From contig CAWETI010000002.1 in the NCBI GenBank assembly GCA_963812015.1, positions 368,381 to 432,380 on the forward strand: a stretch of DNA of 64,000 bases, written 5' to 3'. This stretch comes from an uncultured delta proteobacterium (GTDB lineage: Bacteria; Desulfobacterota; Desulfobaccia; Desulfobaccales; 0-14-0-80-60-11). Numbering within the stretch: the first letter of the stretch is position 1; the number at the start of each line of letters is the position of its first letter. The translations under genes were made by a program, and so were the position numbers. The notes under the pieces are model-generated. The model was not told the DNA's origin, did no database searches, and was given only the letters and a program-made list of their open reading frames with translations. Positions 10,856-19,756 of this stretch are shown one piece after another.

Positions 10856-11701
10856 ATGATCGAACTGGCAAAACTTTTTACCCCGGTCAGTTCCATGGAT
10901 GCCGATGAGGCCAAAGACTACATGGCTCGGCGCCGGGAAGGGGAGTACACTTTACTGGACGTGCGCCAGCCCTGGGAATACGAAGACTCCCACCTCCCCG
11001 GGGCTAAACTCATGCCCCTGCCCCAGCTGGCTGACACCTATCAAGCCCTGGACCCGGACAAGCCCACCCTGGTGCACTGCGCCGTGGGCGGCCGCAGCCG
11101 GGTGGCGGCCCAGATGCTGAGCGGCTGGGGGTTCAAGGAGGTCTATAACCTGGCCGGCGGCATCAAGGCCTTTCACGGGCCCAAGGCCACCGGCCCCCGA
11201 GAGCTCAACCTGGACCTGGTCCGGGGCGATGCAACCCCGGAGCAGATCCTCGCCCTGGCCTATGGCATGGAGAAGGCCCTGCAGCTTTTTTATGAAACCC
11301 TCAAGGAGCAATCCCGGGATCAGGCAGTCAAGGACCTGTTCGAGAAACTGGCCCGGGTGGAAGTGGGCCATGAACAGCGGCTCTTTAAGGTGTACGGCCA
11401 GTTGACTGGCAGCCAGGACCTGAAGGCCTTTGAAGCCGGCGTCGTGCCCACTACCCTGGAAGGCGGCTTTAACGCCCAAGAGTTCCTGGAAACCAATCAA
11501 TCCCACTTGCAAACGACCCCCGAGGTCCTCGACTTGGCCATGATGCTGGAAACCCAGGCCCTGGACCTCTACCTCCGGTTTGCGGACCGTAGCGAACAGG
11601 CCCAAACCAAAGAGATCCTGTTCACCCTGGCCGGGGAGGAGAAGGCGCACCTGGCCAGCCTGGGGAGCCTGCTGGAAGAGAAGCTGGGGAAGCGAGACTG
11701 A
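10856..11701 (+). CDS. rhodanese domain fused to a ferritin-like/rubrerythrin-like four-helix domain
   Basis: Rhodanese active-site loop VHCAVGGRSRVAA. The C-terminal half has two E..H-like helices (ARVEVGHEQRL, AGEEKAHLASL) typical of ferritin-like diiron folds. Confidence 0.7.
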   Translation: MIELAKLFTPVSSMDADEAKDYMARRREGEYTLLDVRQPWEYEDSHLPGAKLMPLPQLADTYQALDPDKPTLVHCAVGGRSRVAAQMLSGWGFKEVYNLAGGIKAFHGPKATGPRELNLDLVRGDATPEQILALAYGMEKALQLFYETLKEQSRDQAVKDLFEKLARVEVGHEQRLFKVYGQLTGSQDLKAFEAGVVPTTLEGGFNAQEFLETNQSHLQTTPEVLDLAMMLETQALDLYLRFADRSEQAQTKEILFTLAGEEKAHLASLGSLLEEKLGKRD

Positions 11702-11706
11702 ACCCT

Positions 11707-12519
11707 ATGGCGATTACCGTTATGGAAGTGTTGAAAAATCTGCCCCGGACCAACTGCGGGGACTGCGGACAGGCGACCTGCCTGGCCTTTGCCACCCAGG
11801 TGATCAAGGAAGGGGAGGACCTGGGAAAATGTCCCCACCTCACCGGGGCGGGGGCCGACCTGGGGGAGGCGGTCCGGGCCCAGCAGCAGACGGGCGTTGG
11901 CCGGCGCCGGGAGTCCCTGGCCATCTCCCTGGAGGTCCTCCAGGAAAAGGTGGCTCCCCTGGATTTTGCGGCCCTGGCCGAGGGGCTGGGCGCCACTTAC
12001 GGCGAGGAGGCCCGCCGGCCGTATCTCAACCTGGCCTATTTCGGCCACTGCCTCCAGGTCTTTAAGGATGAGTTGCGCTATCCACCGGGAGCCCCGGCGG
12101 ACCCCTGGGACGCCATCCTCCTGTATAATTACATCGCCTCCCAGGGGCACGAGCTCCCCACGGGCCGGTGGATCGCCTATAATAGCCTGCCCAACTCGGT
12201 GTCTAAGGCCAAGACCCTGGCTCGCCTGGAACAGAAGCTGGCGGACCATTTCGCTGGCCAAGCGGCGGAACTCAAGGAGCGGGCCGCGCAGCTCGGGGGT
12301 GAAATGGCGGCCGTGGGCGGCGAGGACGCCGATGTGCAGGCGGCCTTTCTGCCCCTGCCCCGGGTGCCGCTGCTCCTGTCGTTTTGGGACGCCGAAGCCG
12401 AGGAAGGCTTCGCCCCCCAGGCGCGCTTCCTCTTCGACGCCGGCGTCACCCACTACCTGGACCTGGAAGCCATGCTCTTCCTGGTGGAACACCTGATGGA
12501 ACGGCTGATGTCGAGTTAG
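11707..12519 (+). CDS. putative Fe-S cluster domain + DUF3786 protein
   Basis: N-terminus LPRTNCGDCGQATCLAFATQVIKGE..L..CPHL matches the RnfC/CdhD-type 'putative Fe-S cluster' domain. The remainder resembles DUF3786. Confidence 0.65.
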   Translation: MAITVMEVLKNLPRTNCGDCGQATCLAFATQVIKEGEDLGKCPHLTGAGADLGEAVRAQQQTGVGRRRESLAISLEVLQEKVAPLDFAALAEGLGATYGEEARRPYLNLAYFGHCLQVFKDELRYPPGAPADPWDAILLYNYIASQGHELPTGRWIAYNSLPNSVSKAKTLARLEQKLADHFAGQAAELKERAAQLGGEMAAVGGEDADVQAAFLPLPRVPLLLSFWDAEAEEGFAPQARFLFDAGVTHYLDLEAMLFLVEHLMERLMSS

Positions 12520-12550
12520 AACTATAAGGATTTTGGGGGAAGGGGGCTAA

Positions 12551-12664
12551 GGGCTTTTTCGTAAGTGCCCCTACCCCTCCCCCCAAACCCCCCGCCCCCA
12601 ATCCCCTACAGGGGGTTGGGAGGGGAGTTTGAGGGGAGGGCGGGGGACTTATTGTCCCCCGGCC
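12551..12664. repeat. G/C-rich imperfect palindromic repeat element (copy A)
   Basis: tttttcgtaagtgcccct...acagggggttgggagggg..tgaggggagggcggggga..cccccggcc is shared with 29975-30064 in the same orientation. Sits between convergent genes. Confidence 0.8.
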
Positions 12665-12679
12665 TTACCCTCAACTTTT

Positions 12680-14173
12680 TCACACCCGCTCCGGGCCGGC
12701 GGTGATAGGTTTGCCGGTGGCGGCGGCAATGGATCGGAGCATGCCCTGGTAGACCATTTTGTGGAAAGGGTCCAGGCTATACCAGTAGAGGATGCCCAGG
12801 AGGCCCCGGGGGAGGAAGCGGGCAATCTGGGTGAGTTCGGTGCTGCCATCGGGCCGGGGGGTGAGGCGAAATTCCAGGGTGGCCTCCCCTGGCATCTTCA
12901 TTTCCGCCACCAGCAGCAGGCGTTGATTCGGCTCGATTTCCAGGACGCGAAAAAAATCCAGGGCATCGCCGGTTCGGAGTTCGACAGGGTGACGCCGGCC
13001 ACGCCGGAGCCCCGAACCCCCCAGGAGCCGGTCGGTCCAGCCCCGGATAGCCCACAGGGAGTCACCGTAGTACCAGCCCGTCCGGCCGCCGATCCGGGTG
13101 AGGGGCTGCCAGACCTCTGCCGGGGTGGCCTTGAGAAGAATCCGGTAGCCCAGGCTTAAGACGGTGCCGCCGGTGTAATCGGCGTCGCCGCAGGCGGCCC
13201 ATTCCGGGGGTCTGAGCTCACCGGCGTCGCTCCAGCAGGTTTCCACCCGCTGCTGTTCCACCCTTTGCAGGGCCAGCCGGATGGTCTGGCGACAGTCCAG
13301 CAACTCCTGGGGGATGAGGTCCCGGATACGGTTATCCAGGCAGACTACGGGGTTGGCCAGGCCTTCCGCCAGGGGCCGGGCCAGGGAGGCGGGGACCGGG
13401 GTCACCAGGTGGATCCAGTAGGAACTCAGCCGGGGAGTGAGCACCGGCGCCGGGATGACCAAACGCCGGGGGAGGTGCGCCTCTTCGGCATAGATATCCA
13501 TCAGTTGCCGGTAGGTCACCACTTCCGGGCCGCCGATGTCGAAGGTTTGCCCCCGGGTGTCGTCGCGGTCCAAGCAGCCCATCAGGTAGGTGAGGACGTT
13601 GCGGATGGCGATGGGTTGAACCGGGGTGTGGACCCAGCGGGGGGTGATCATCACCGGCAGGCGATCCACCAGGTAACGCAGGATTTCGAAGGCGGCGCCG
13701 CCGGAGCCCAAAATCATGGCGGCCCGGAGGAACGTGGTGGGGACGGCCCCCGACTGGAGAATCCGGGCTACCTCAAAGCGGGAGCGCAGGTGCTCGCTCA
13801 GGTTGGGGTCGTCCTGCCCCCCTAACCCCCCCAGGTAAATGATGCGGTCCAGGCCGGCTGCAGCCGCGGCCTGGGCCATGTTCCGGGCGGCCTGGCGGTC
13901 GGCTGCGGCGAAATCCCGGGCGGCCGCGTTCATGGAGTGGACCAGGTAAAAGGCGGCCCAGCACCCCTGGGCCGCCCGGCCCAGGGATTCTGCGTCCATA
14001 ACGTCGCCCGGGGCCAATTCGATGCGGGGATGGCTGCCCCAGGGACGGCTGCGCAACTTGCCCAGGGAACGCCCCAGGGCCCGGACCCGGTAGCCCGCGT
14101 CCAACAGGCGGGGCACCAGGCGTCCGCCCACATAGCCGGTGGCGCCGGTAACCAGAACCGGTTTTGGGTTCAT
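12680..14173 (-). CDS. SDR-family NAD(P)-binding oxidoreductase with C-terminal DUF2867-like domain
   Basis: MNPKPVLVTGATGYVGGRL Rossmann motif. ATG at 14173 preceded by GGAGG. The longer track ORF start at 14281 is rejected. Confidence 0.8.
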   Translation of the reverse strand: MNPKPVLVTGATGYVGGRLVPRLLDAGYRVRALGRSLGKLRSRPWGSHPRIELAPGDVMDAESLGRAAQGCWAAFYLVHSMNAAARDFAAADRQAARNMAQAAAAAGLDRIIYLGGLGGQDDPNLSEHLRSRFEVARILQSGAVPTTFLRAAMILGSGGAAFEILRYLVDRLPVMITPRWVHTPVQPIAIRNVLTYLMGCLDRDDTRGQTFDIGGPEVVTYRQLMDIYAEEAHLPRRLVIPAPVLTPRLSSYWIHLVTPVPASLARPLAEGLANPVVCLDNRIRDLIPQELLDCRQTIRLALQRVEQQRVETCWSDAGELRPPEWAACGDADYTGGTVLSLGYRILLKATPAEVWQPLTRIGGRTGWYYGDSLWAIRGWTDRLLGGSGLRRGRRHPVELRTGDALDFFRVLEIEPNQRLLLVAEMKMPGEATLEFRLTPRPDGSTELTQIARFLPRGLLGILYWYSLDPFHKMVYQGMLRSIAAATGKPITAGPERV

Positions 14174-14483
14174 GAGATATAACCTCCGAGCCAATTTCAC
14201 TGTAAGGGAAAATCTGGTAAGCCGCCATAAAAAAGCCGGGTTGCGAACCTCCCGGGCGGGCTGAGCCGTCGTCTGTCCCAATCCCGTCAGAAATGCCCAA
14301 CTCCCTTTCCGGGCCAGGTTTACTTCCGGCTCAGCGCCACAAAAAACGGTGAGTGAAAAACCGCGCCTTAACTTTTTCCCCGGCCATTGGTCAAATTCAA
14401 TGAAGACCGAACCACCCCTGGGTGGTCACAGATCAAGGACAATTCAGGGCTGGATTTCCTAACAAGGCCCGGAGGTTAGAGCA

Positions 14484-14846
14484 ATGAAAATCTGGACCAA
14501 AGGCATGGTGTCCGGCCTGCTGGCCGGCGTGGTCATCCTGGGGAGCCTCCCGGCTTTGGCGGGCCCCCAAGCCCCATACTTCGACCAGCGGCAAATGGAT
14601 CAGCAAAGCCGGATCAACCAGGGTGTGCAGTCGGGTCGGATTACTCCTGGGGAATATCGTCGCCTGCAAAACGAGCAGGAACGCATCCGCCAGACCGAGG
14701 CCATGATGCGGGCCAAAAACGGCCGCCTGACTCCCGGAGAAAAGGCCCAGCTTGCCCAGATGCAGGACCGGGCCAACCGGGACATTTACCGCTACAAGCA
14801 TAACAACAACTACCGGTCAGCCAACTGGAGACCGGGCTGGCGGTAA
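14484..14846 (+). CDS. small secreted protein with two (I/L)TPGE-x-repeat helices (function unknown, Spy/CpxP-like flavour)
   Basis: Signal peptide ...LPALAGP. Internal repeat GRITPGEYRRLQNEQ / GRLTPGEKAQLAQMQ. GGAGG RBS upstream. Confidence 0.6.
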   Translation: MKIWTKGMVSGLLAGVVILGSLPALAGPQAPYFDQRQMDQQSRINQGVQSGRITPGEYRRLQNEQERIRQTEAMMRAKNGRLTPGEKAQLAQMQDRANRDIYRYKHNNNYRSANWRPGWR

Positions 14847-14905
14847 TCCTCCGGAGAGGCAGAGCGGGAGGCAACCTGCCCATCGACCAGTTGCCGGCCG
14901 CACTG

Positions 14906-15334
14906 TTACACGTGATTCCGCAGCTGCAACTCCAGCGGATGGGGGTGGAGGTAAAACTGTTCTTTCAGATAAGGCTGGTGGTATTTCCGAACATAGTGAT
15001 TGATCAGGGTGACGGGCACCACCAGGGGCACGACGCCCTGGTGGTAATAAGCAATGATTTCCAGTAATTCCTGTTTTTCGTCAGGGGACAGATCCTTCTT
15101 GAAGTACCCCATCAGGTGGTACAAGACATTGGTGTTTTTCTTGGGGGTGGTTTTAAGGCGCAGGGCTTCCATGAGCTGAGCCTGATAGTGTGCGTAGAGT
15201 TCCTGGATCGGCGCCCCTTTGGCCTGGGCCACCAGGCGGCCGAGTTCCCGGTAATGCCTGGGGCTGTGGGCCAGGATAAGCAGCTTGTGCCGGGTATGGA
15301 AGGCCACCAAGTCGCCGAGGTTATCCCCGGGCCG
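14906..15334 (-). pseudogene. DUF1722 segment, apparently the 3' part of a frameshifted DUF523-DUF1722 gene
   Basis: LGDLVAFHTRHKLLILAHSP...YYHQG..PLVVP..L..HY is DUF1722 (YbgA-like). There is no own start or RBS. Its frame is offset by one nucleotide from the upstream DUF523 ORF at a CCCGGGG run (15325-15331). Confidence 0.6.
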
Positions 15335-15860
15335 CCAAAAGTTCCCGCCAGCGCTGCAACACGAAGATGCACTCGATGAAGTTCTCCCGGAGGACGGGGT
15401 CATGGAGTCGCCCCTCTTCTTCCACCGGCAGGAGAGGAAAGTGCTCCATAAAGGCCCGGGCAAACATCCCCACTCCCCGGGTCACCGGGGAGCCCGGGGC
15501 GTGTTCAGGGTAGACTTTGACCCGCTCCATGCCGCTACTGGGGGATTTGCTCTTGAAAATAAAGCCGCAGAGGTTCTCCTGCTCCAGTTCCTGCACCCGT
15601 TTTTTGGCCCAGGTGACCATGCGCTCGGTAAGATCAATCTTGGTGCGCACGGTCATCAGGCGGGGGGCCTCCGGGTCGCCCACCAGACGCATGGCCTCCC
15701 GGGGCACCCCCAGGCCGCACTCCACTTCGGGACACACCGGGACAAATTCCACATAGTTCCCCAGGGTCTCGGTGATAAAGCGGTCCCACCGGTGGCCGCC
15801 GTCAAACCGGACCTTCTGACCCAGCAGGCAGGCGCTGATTCCCAGCCGAATCTTTTGCAT
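15321..15860 (-). CDS. DUF523 (TudS/YbbK-like 4Fe-4S) domain protein, 5' part of a probable DUF523-DUF1722 fusion
   Basis: MQKIRLGISACLLGQKVRFDGGH...VPVCPEVECGLGVPRE is the DUF523 Cys signature. The ORF ends ...RWRELLAARG* exactly where fused homologues continue into DUF1722. Confidence 0.75.
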   Translation of the reverse strand: MQKIRLGISACLLGQKVRFDGGHRWDRFITETLGNYVEFVPVCPEVECGLGVPREAMRLVGDPEAPRLMTVRTKIDLTERMVTWAKKRVQELEQENLCGFIFKSKSPSSGMERVKVYPEHAPGSPVTRGVGMFARAFMEHFPLLPVEEEGRLHDPVLRENFIECIFVLQRWRELLAARG

Positions 15861-16078
15861 CAGCCTCGCGCTCCTATTTTTTACTATACAATAGATTGGG
15901 GCAAAAGCCGAAGGAGTCGGGGCCGGACCGCGACCCATGTCGTGGGGGCGAACTTCGACGGCGGCGCCACGTTGCAAGCGGTGGGGGCAATTTCTTTCTC
16001 GTGGGCATTCCAGTGGAGCATTTCATAATTAGATGGACATAAATGCAAGCTGGGAGTACCGGACTTGGCAGGTTAAGT

Positions 16079-16156
16079 CCCCCTTTGAAAAAGGGGGATT
16101 AGGGGGATTTCAGGCTCTTATAAAAATCCCCCCTGCCCCCCTTTAGTAAAGGGGGG
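16079..16156. repeat. nested hairpin repeat (CCCCCTTTGAAAAAGGGGG / GGGGGATTT..AAATCCCCC / CCCCCCTTTAGTAAAGGGGGG)
   Basis: Three adjacent perfect or near-perfect short palindromes. A related CCCCCCTTT-TTC-AAAGGGGGG hairpin is at 47535-47556. Confidence 0.7.
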
Positions 16157-16423
16157 TAAAAAAACCTGGTTTTCCCGTGTCACCTTAATTATGAAACACA
16201 CCCCTAGTCTCGCCAGGGATAAAACGCCCCGGGCCGTCCAGGTTAATCACGTCGGGCCAGCCCCGGTGGCCACTGGTAGAAAACTCACGCCATGATGATC
16301 CAGGTATGCACAATCAGCTAAAATCGTGATAAAATGCAACAGATTGTGAAATTATTCTCTTGACCTGGGTGTTAAAACGGGGAAAAGTAGTTGTGCGTTC
16401 CTGTTGAGGATAATGAGGCAGGT

Positions 16424-17335
16424 ATGGCTCAAGAGTTCTCCCACAAGCCGACGACAGAACCGTTGCTGACCGCCTGGATCAAGTGGACCATGGATTTTTG
16501 GGAAACCATGGCCCAGATGGGTCCCGCTCCGGCTGGGTCGGGTCGGGTCGGCGGCCAGGCCTATGCCGCGGCCGCCGCCCCAAAAGATCCCTGGGGCTCG
16601 TCCTTGAAATTGTGGCAGACATTTTTTGCGCTGCTGACGGTGCCGGGAAGCATGGCCGCAGTTTTTCAAGGCATCAAGGCGCCTTCGGAGATTATCTTGA
16701 GGATGGCCCAGGCAGGCTGGGGCGGGTATTTCCATCTGCACCGGCAATGGCTGGAGGGCTGGCAGGGAGGGGGAACTTGGGCCGGTGAATCCGGTTATGA
16801 AACCCTGGATCAAGAAATCTTCAAAATCTGCCATGAAATTTATGAGGATAACTTTAGCCAGTTATTGGACCTGCCGCACCTGCGCCTGACCGGTCTGCCC
16901 CAGGAGCGCATCAACCGGGCCATGGATAAATTCAACCAATTTCAGGCCGCCATGGCCGAATTCATCTATCTGCTCTTCCGGCCGGTGAAAAAATCCCTGC
17001 GAGCCATGAGGGGAGTGGGGGGCGATGGCAGGGAGGAAAATCCCCCCGAAGATTTCAAGGAGTACTATAAGGGGTGGCTGAGAATCCTGGAGGGGCATTA
17101 CATGACCCTCTTCCAGTCGGTGGAGTATACCCGGACCCTGAGCCAGACGCTCAACGCCCTGGAAGATTTCACCCTGGCCAAACAGGAACTGCTGGCCGAT
17201 GCCCTGGAAGCCCTGTCCCTGCCCAGCCGCCGTGACCTGGATGAGCTGTACCGGGAGATGTACCTGCTGAAGAAACGTAACAAAGTGATGGCCAAAAAAT
17301 TAGCCGAAATCGAGCCTTCCGGGGAGAAAGGTTGA
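16424..17335 (+). CDS. phaE: class III poly(R)-hydroxyalkanoate synthase subunit PhaE
   Basis: Position directly upstream of, and overlapping, class III phaC. W-rich N-terminus and coiled-coil C-terminus typical of PhaE. ATG at 16424. Confidence 0.7.
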   Translation: MAQEFSHKPTTEPLLTAWIKWTMDFWETMAQMGPAPAGSGRVGGQAYAAAAAPKDPWGSSLKLWQTFFALLTVPGSMAAVFQGIKAPSEIILRMAQAGWGGYFHLHRQWLEGWQGGGTWAGESGYETLDQEIFKICHEIYEDNFSQLLDLPHLRLTGLPQERINRAMDKFNQFQAAMAEFIYLLFRPVKKSLRAMRGVGGDGREENPPEDFKEYYKGWLRILEGHYMTLFQSVEYTRTLSQTLNALEDFTLAKQELLADALEALSLPSRRDLDELYREMYLLKKRNKVMAKKLAEIEPSGEKG

Positions 17336-18411
17336 TGGATCGACCCAAAATCCCGGTTGACCTGATCCTGGCCAAGCTGGCGGCGGACGCCGAAGCGGCC
17401 AGGCATCGCCTGGAAAAGGCCCGGGATATTTTCCTGGGGCCCCTGGCCACGGACATTGGGACCACCCCCTATGAACTGGTCTATCAGGAAGACCGGGTCA
17501 GGCTCAAATATTACCGGCCGGACACGGCCCGCCTGAAAACTCCGCTGCTCCTGGTGCCTTCCCTGTTCAACCGGGAAACCTTGCTGGACCTCCAACCGGA
17601 TCGGAGCATCGTGCAAAATCTCCTCAAGGAAGGAGTGGAGGTCTATCTGATTGATTGGGGCTCGCCGACCCGTATGGACCAGTTTTTCAGCCTGGATGAC
17701 CATATTAACGGCTATGTGGATAACATCGTGGATTTCATCCGGCGTCGCCAGGGGATTCCCCGGGTCAATCTCATGGGGGTGTGCCTGGGGGGGACCTTTG
17801 CGGTCATCTATGCGGCCCTCCACCCGGGCAAGGTCCGGAACTTGATCACCACCGTGGCGCCCATCCACTTTGATACCCCCAAGGGCTTGTTGCACATCTG
17901 GCTGAAGGAGATTGACGTCGACCGCCTGGTGGACACCTTTGGCAACCTGCCCGGCAACCTGGTGAACGTGGCCTTCCTGCTCCTGAATCCGCCCCGGCTC
18001 CTTTTGGATAAGTATCTTGGTTTTCTTGAGAATATGGATAACAAGGATTTTGTCGAAAATTTTATCCGCATGGAGAAATGGATTTTCAACAGCCCGGATG
18101 TGCCGGGGGAGACCTTGCGGCAGTTGATCAAAGACCTCTATCAGGAGAACCGGCTGGTGCAAGGCGAGATGGAGTTGGGGGGCCGCCGGGTGGACCTTGG
18201 GCAGGTCACTATGCCGCTCTTAAATATCTATGGTCAGTTTGACCACCTGGTGCCCCCGGAGGCCTGCGAAGTTTTGACGAAAAAGGCGGGGAGCCGGGAC
18301 ACCGAGGACATTTGTCTGGACACGGGACATATCGGCATTTATGTCAGTTCCCGGTTCCAGAAGGAGATCGTTCCCAAGATTGCTGCCTGGCTTCTGGCCC
18401 GGGAAGATTGA
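17335..18411 (+). CDS. phaC: class III poly(R)-hydroxyalkanoate synthase subunit PhaC
   Basis: About 358 aa alpha/beta hydrolase with lipase-box-like GVCLGG (G-x-C-x-G) and conserved D/H downstream. TGATG overlap with phaE. Confidence 0.9.
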   Translation: MDRPKIPVDLILAKLAADAEAARHRLEKARDIFLGPLATDIGTTPYELVYQEDRVRLKYYRPDTARLKTPLLLVPSLFNRETLLDLQPDRSIVQNLLKEGVEVYLIDWGSPTRMDQFFSLDDHINGYVDNIVDFIRRRQGIPRVNLMGVCLGGTFAVIYAALHPGKVRNLITTVAPIHFDTPKGLLHIWLKEIDVDRLVDTFGNLPGNLVNVAFLLLNPPRLLLDKYLGFLENMDNKDFVENFIRMEKWIFNSPDVPGETLRQLIKDLYQENRLVQGEMELGGRRVDLGQVTMPLLNIYGQFDHLVPPEACEVLTKKAGSRDTEDICLDTGHIGIYVSSRFQKEIVPKIAAWLLARED

Positions 18412-18475
18412 GTTCCACCGGGCCAGGCCCGAAACCGGTCAGCGCCATCCAATAACTCGAGCAGAGAGTGCTTCA

Positions 18476-19528
18476 ATGCCCGTAAGAATCGATTATTTTA
18501 AAAAGTTGAGCGAGCTCTGTCAGGCCTTTGGCACCGCCCGCAACCGCCGGGATCTCCTGGAGATGATCTTTGCCAGCGCCATGGATATCCTGGGGGGCAA
18601 GGCCGCGTGCCTCTACCTGATGGATGCAGGTAAAACCGAGCTGATGCCGGTGGCCCAGAAGGGCTTGTCCGAGAGCTATTTCCGTTCCCGGAAATCCATC
18701 CTGGCCCAAAAGATCTTGCCCCTGGTTTTGAAGAAAGGCTTTTTTTATTGCCGGGAGGCGGCGGCGGACCCCAAACTGGAGTATCCCGATGCCAAGCAGG
18801 CCGAAGGCATCGTCTCTATCCTGGCGGTGCCGGTGAAGGTCAAAGGCAGAAACATCGGGGTATTTTGCCTGTTTACCGACACACCCCGAGCTTTTTCCCC
18901 CGAGGAGAAAGAATTCTTATTGCTCTTGGCGCAACACGGGGGCGGGGTCATGGAGCATGCCCGTCTCATCGACCACCTCCACCGGGAGACCCAGCTCTTT
19001 TTCGACCTGGCCGTCAATCTCAGCGGCAGCCTGGAAGTTAAGGATATCTTGCGCACCATGACCGCGGACCTGGCCAAGGCCCTCAAGGTGAAGGGCGTCA
19101 GCCTCCGCCTCTTGAGTGAGAGTGCAGAAACCCTGGAATTGGTGGCATCCCATGGCTTGAGTAAGAAATTCCTGCAAAAGGGGCCGGTGTCCGCCCAAAA
19201 AAGCATCGCCCAGGCCCTGAAGACCGAAAAGCCGGTGATCATTGTCAATGCCGCCACCGACCGCCGGGTGCAATACCGGGACATGTGCAAAGAAGAAGGG
19301 ATTGTCACTATTTTAGCGGTGCCCATCAAGACCAAGGAGAAGGTAATCGGGGTGCTGCGGCTTTACAGCAAGGTGCTGCGCCATTTCACCCCTCAGGACA
19401 TCAAACTGGTGACCGCCCTGGCGTATCTAGGCGGGTTGGCCATCCAGAATGCCTCCTTGTACCTGATGTGCCAGAACGACATGCAGGACCTGCAAGCGGA
19501 GTTGTGGAGCCATCGGTCCTGGTTTTAA
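18476..19528 (+). CDS. stand-alone tandem GAF-domain protein
   Basis: Two repeats of the pattern ...A.LYL.D......L..VA..GLS.....R......G......PV.V.G..IGV..L..... with no output domain. Confidence 0.7.
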   Translation: MPVRIDYFKKLSELCQAFGTARNRRDLLEMIFASAMDILGGKAACLYLMDAGKTELMPVAQKGLSESYFRSRKSILAQKILPLVLKKGFFYCREAAADPKLEYPDAKQAEGIVSILAVPVKVKGRNIGVFCLFTDTPRAFSPEEKEFLLLLAQHGGGVMEHARLIDHLHRETQLFFDLAVNLSGSLEVKDILRTMTADLAKALKVKGVSLRLLSESAETLELVASHGLSKKFLQKGPVSAQKSIAQALKTEKPVIIVNAATDRRVQYRDMCKEEGIVTILAVPIKTKEKVIGVLRLYSKVLRHFTPQDIKLVTALAYLGGLAIQNASLYLMCQNDMQDLQAELWSHRSWF

Positions 19529-19756
19529 ACCGGATCAGGCTGGCAGGGAGATTGCTGGCCGGGGCGGGCCGCGCCGGGTCTTATCGGCTGGCGGCCGTTT
19601 GGCCGTCAAGGGCCGGCCGGCCCTCAGTTCCCCGAGGCTCGAAAACTAGATGAGCTGGCCACTTGGGTCTGAATGGCTCATGGCGGCCAAGCCATGAGCC
19701 CAGCGTATGTTCACCCCTCCACGACGGGCCCAGGAATTGGCCAACCCACCGGGAAC

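Noticed and set aside
12629-13159. Plus-strand ORF starting in the G-rich repeat (MRGGRGTYCPP...).
   Set aside because: It starts inside a dispersed repeat and runs antisense to the SDR/DUF2867 gene, so it is spurious.
19685-19710. 10-bp perfect hairpin GGCTCATGGC-N6-GCCATGAGCC between the convergent GAF and CBS genes, as a possible terminator.
   Set aside because: No U/A tracts on either side. It may still be a rho-dependent or structural element, but it is not supportable as an intrinsic terminator.
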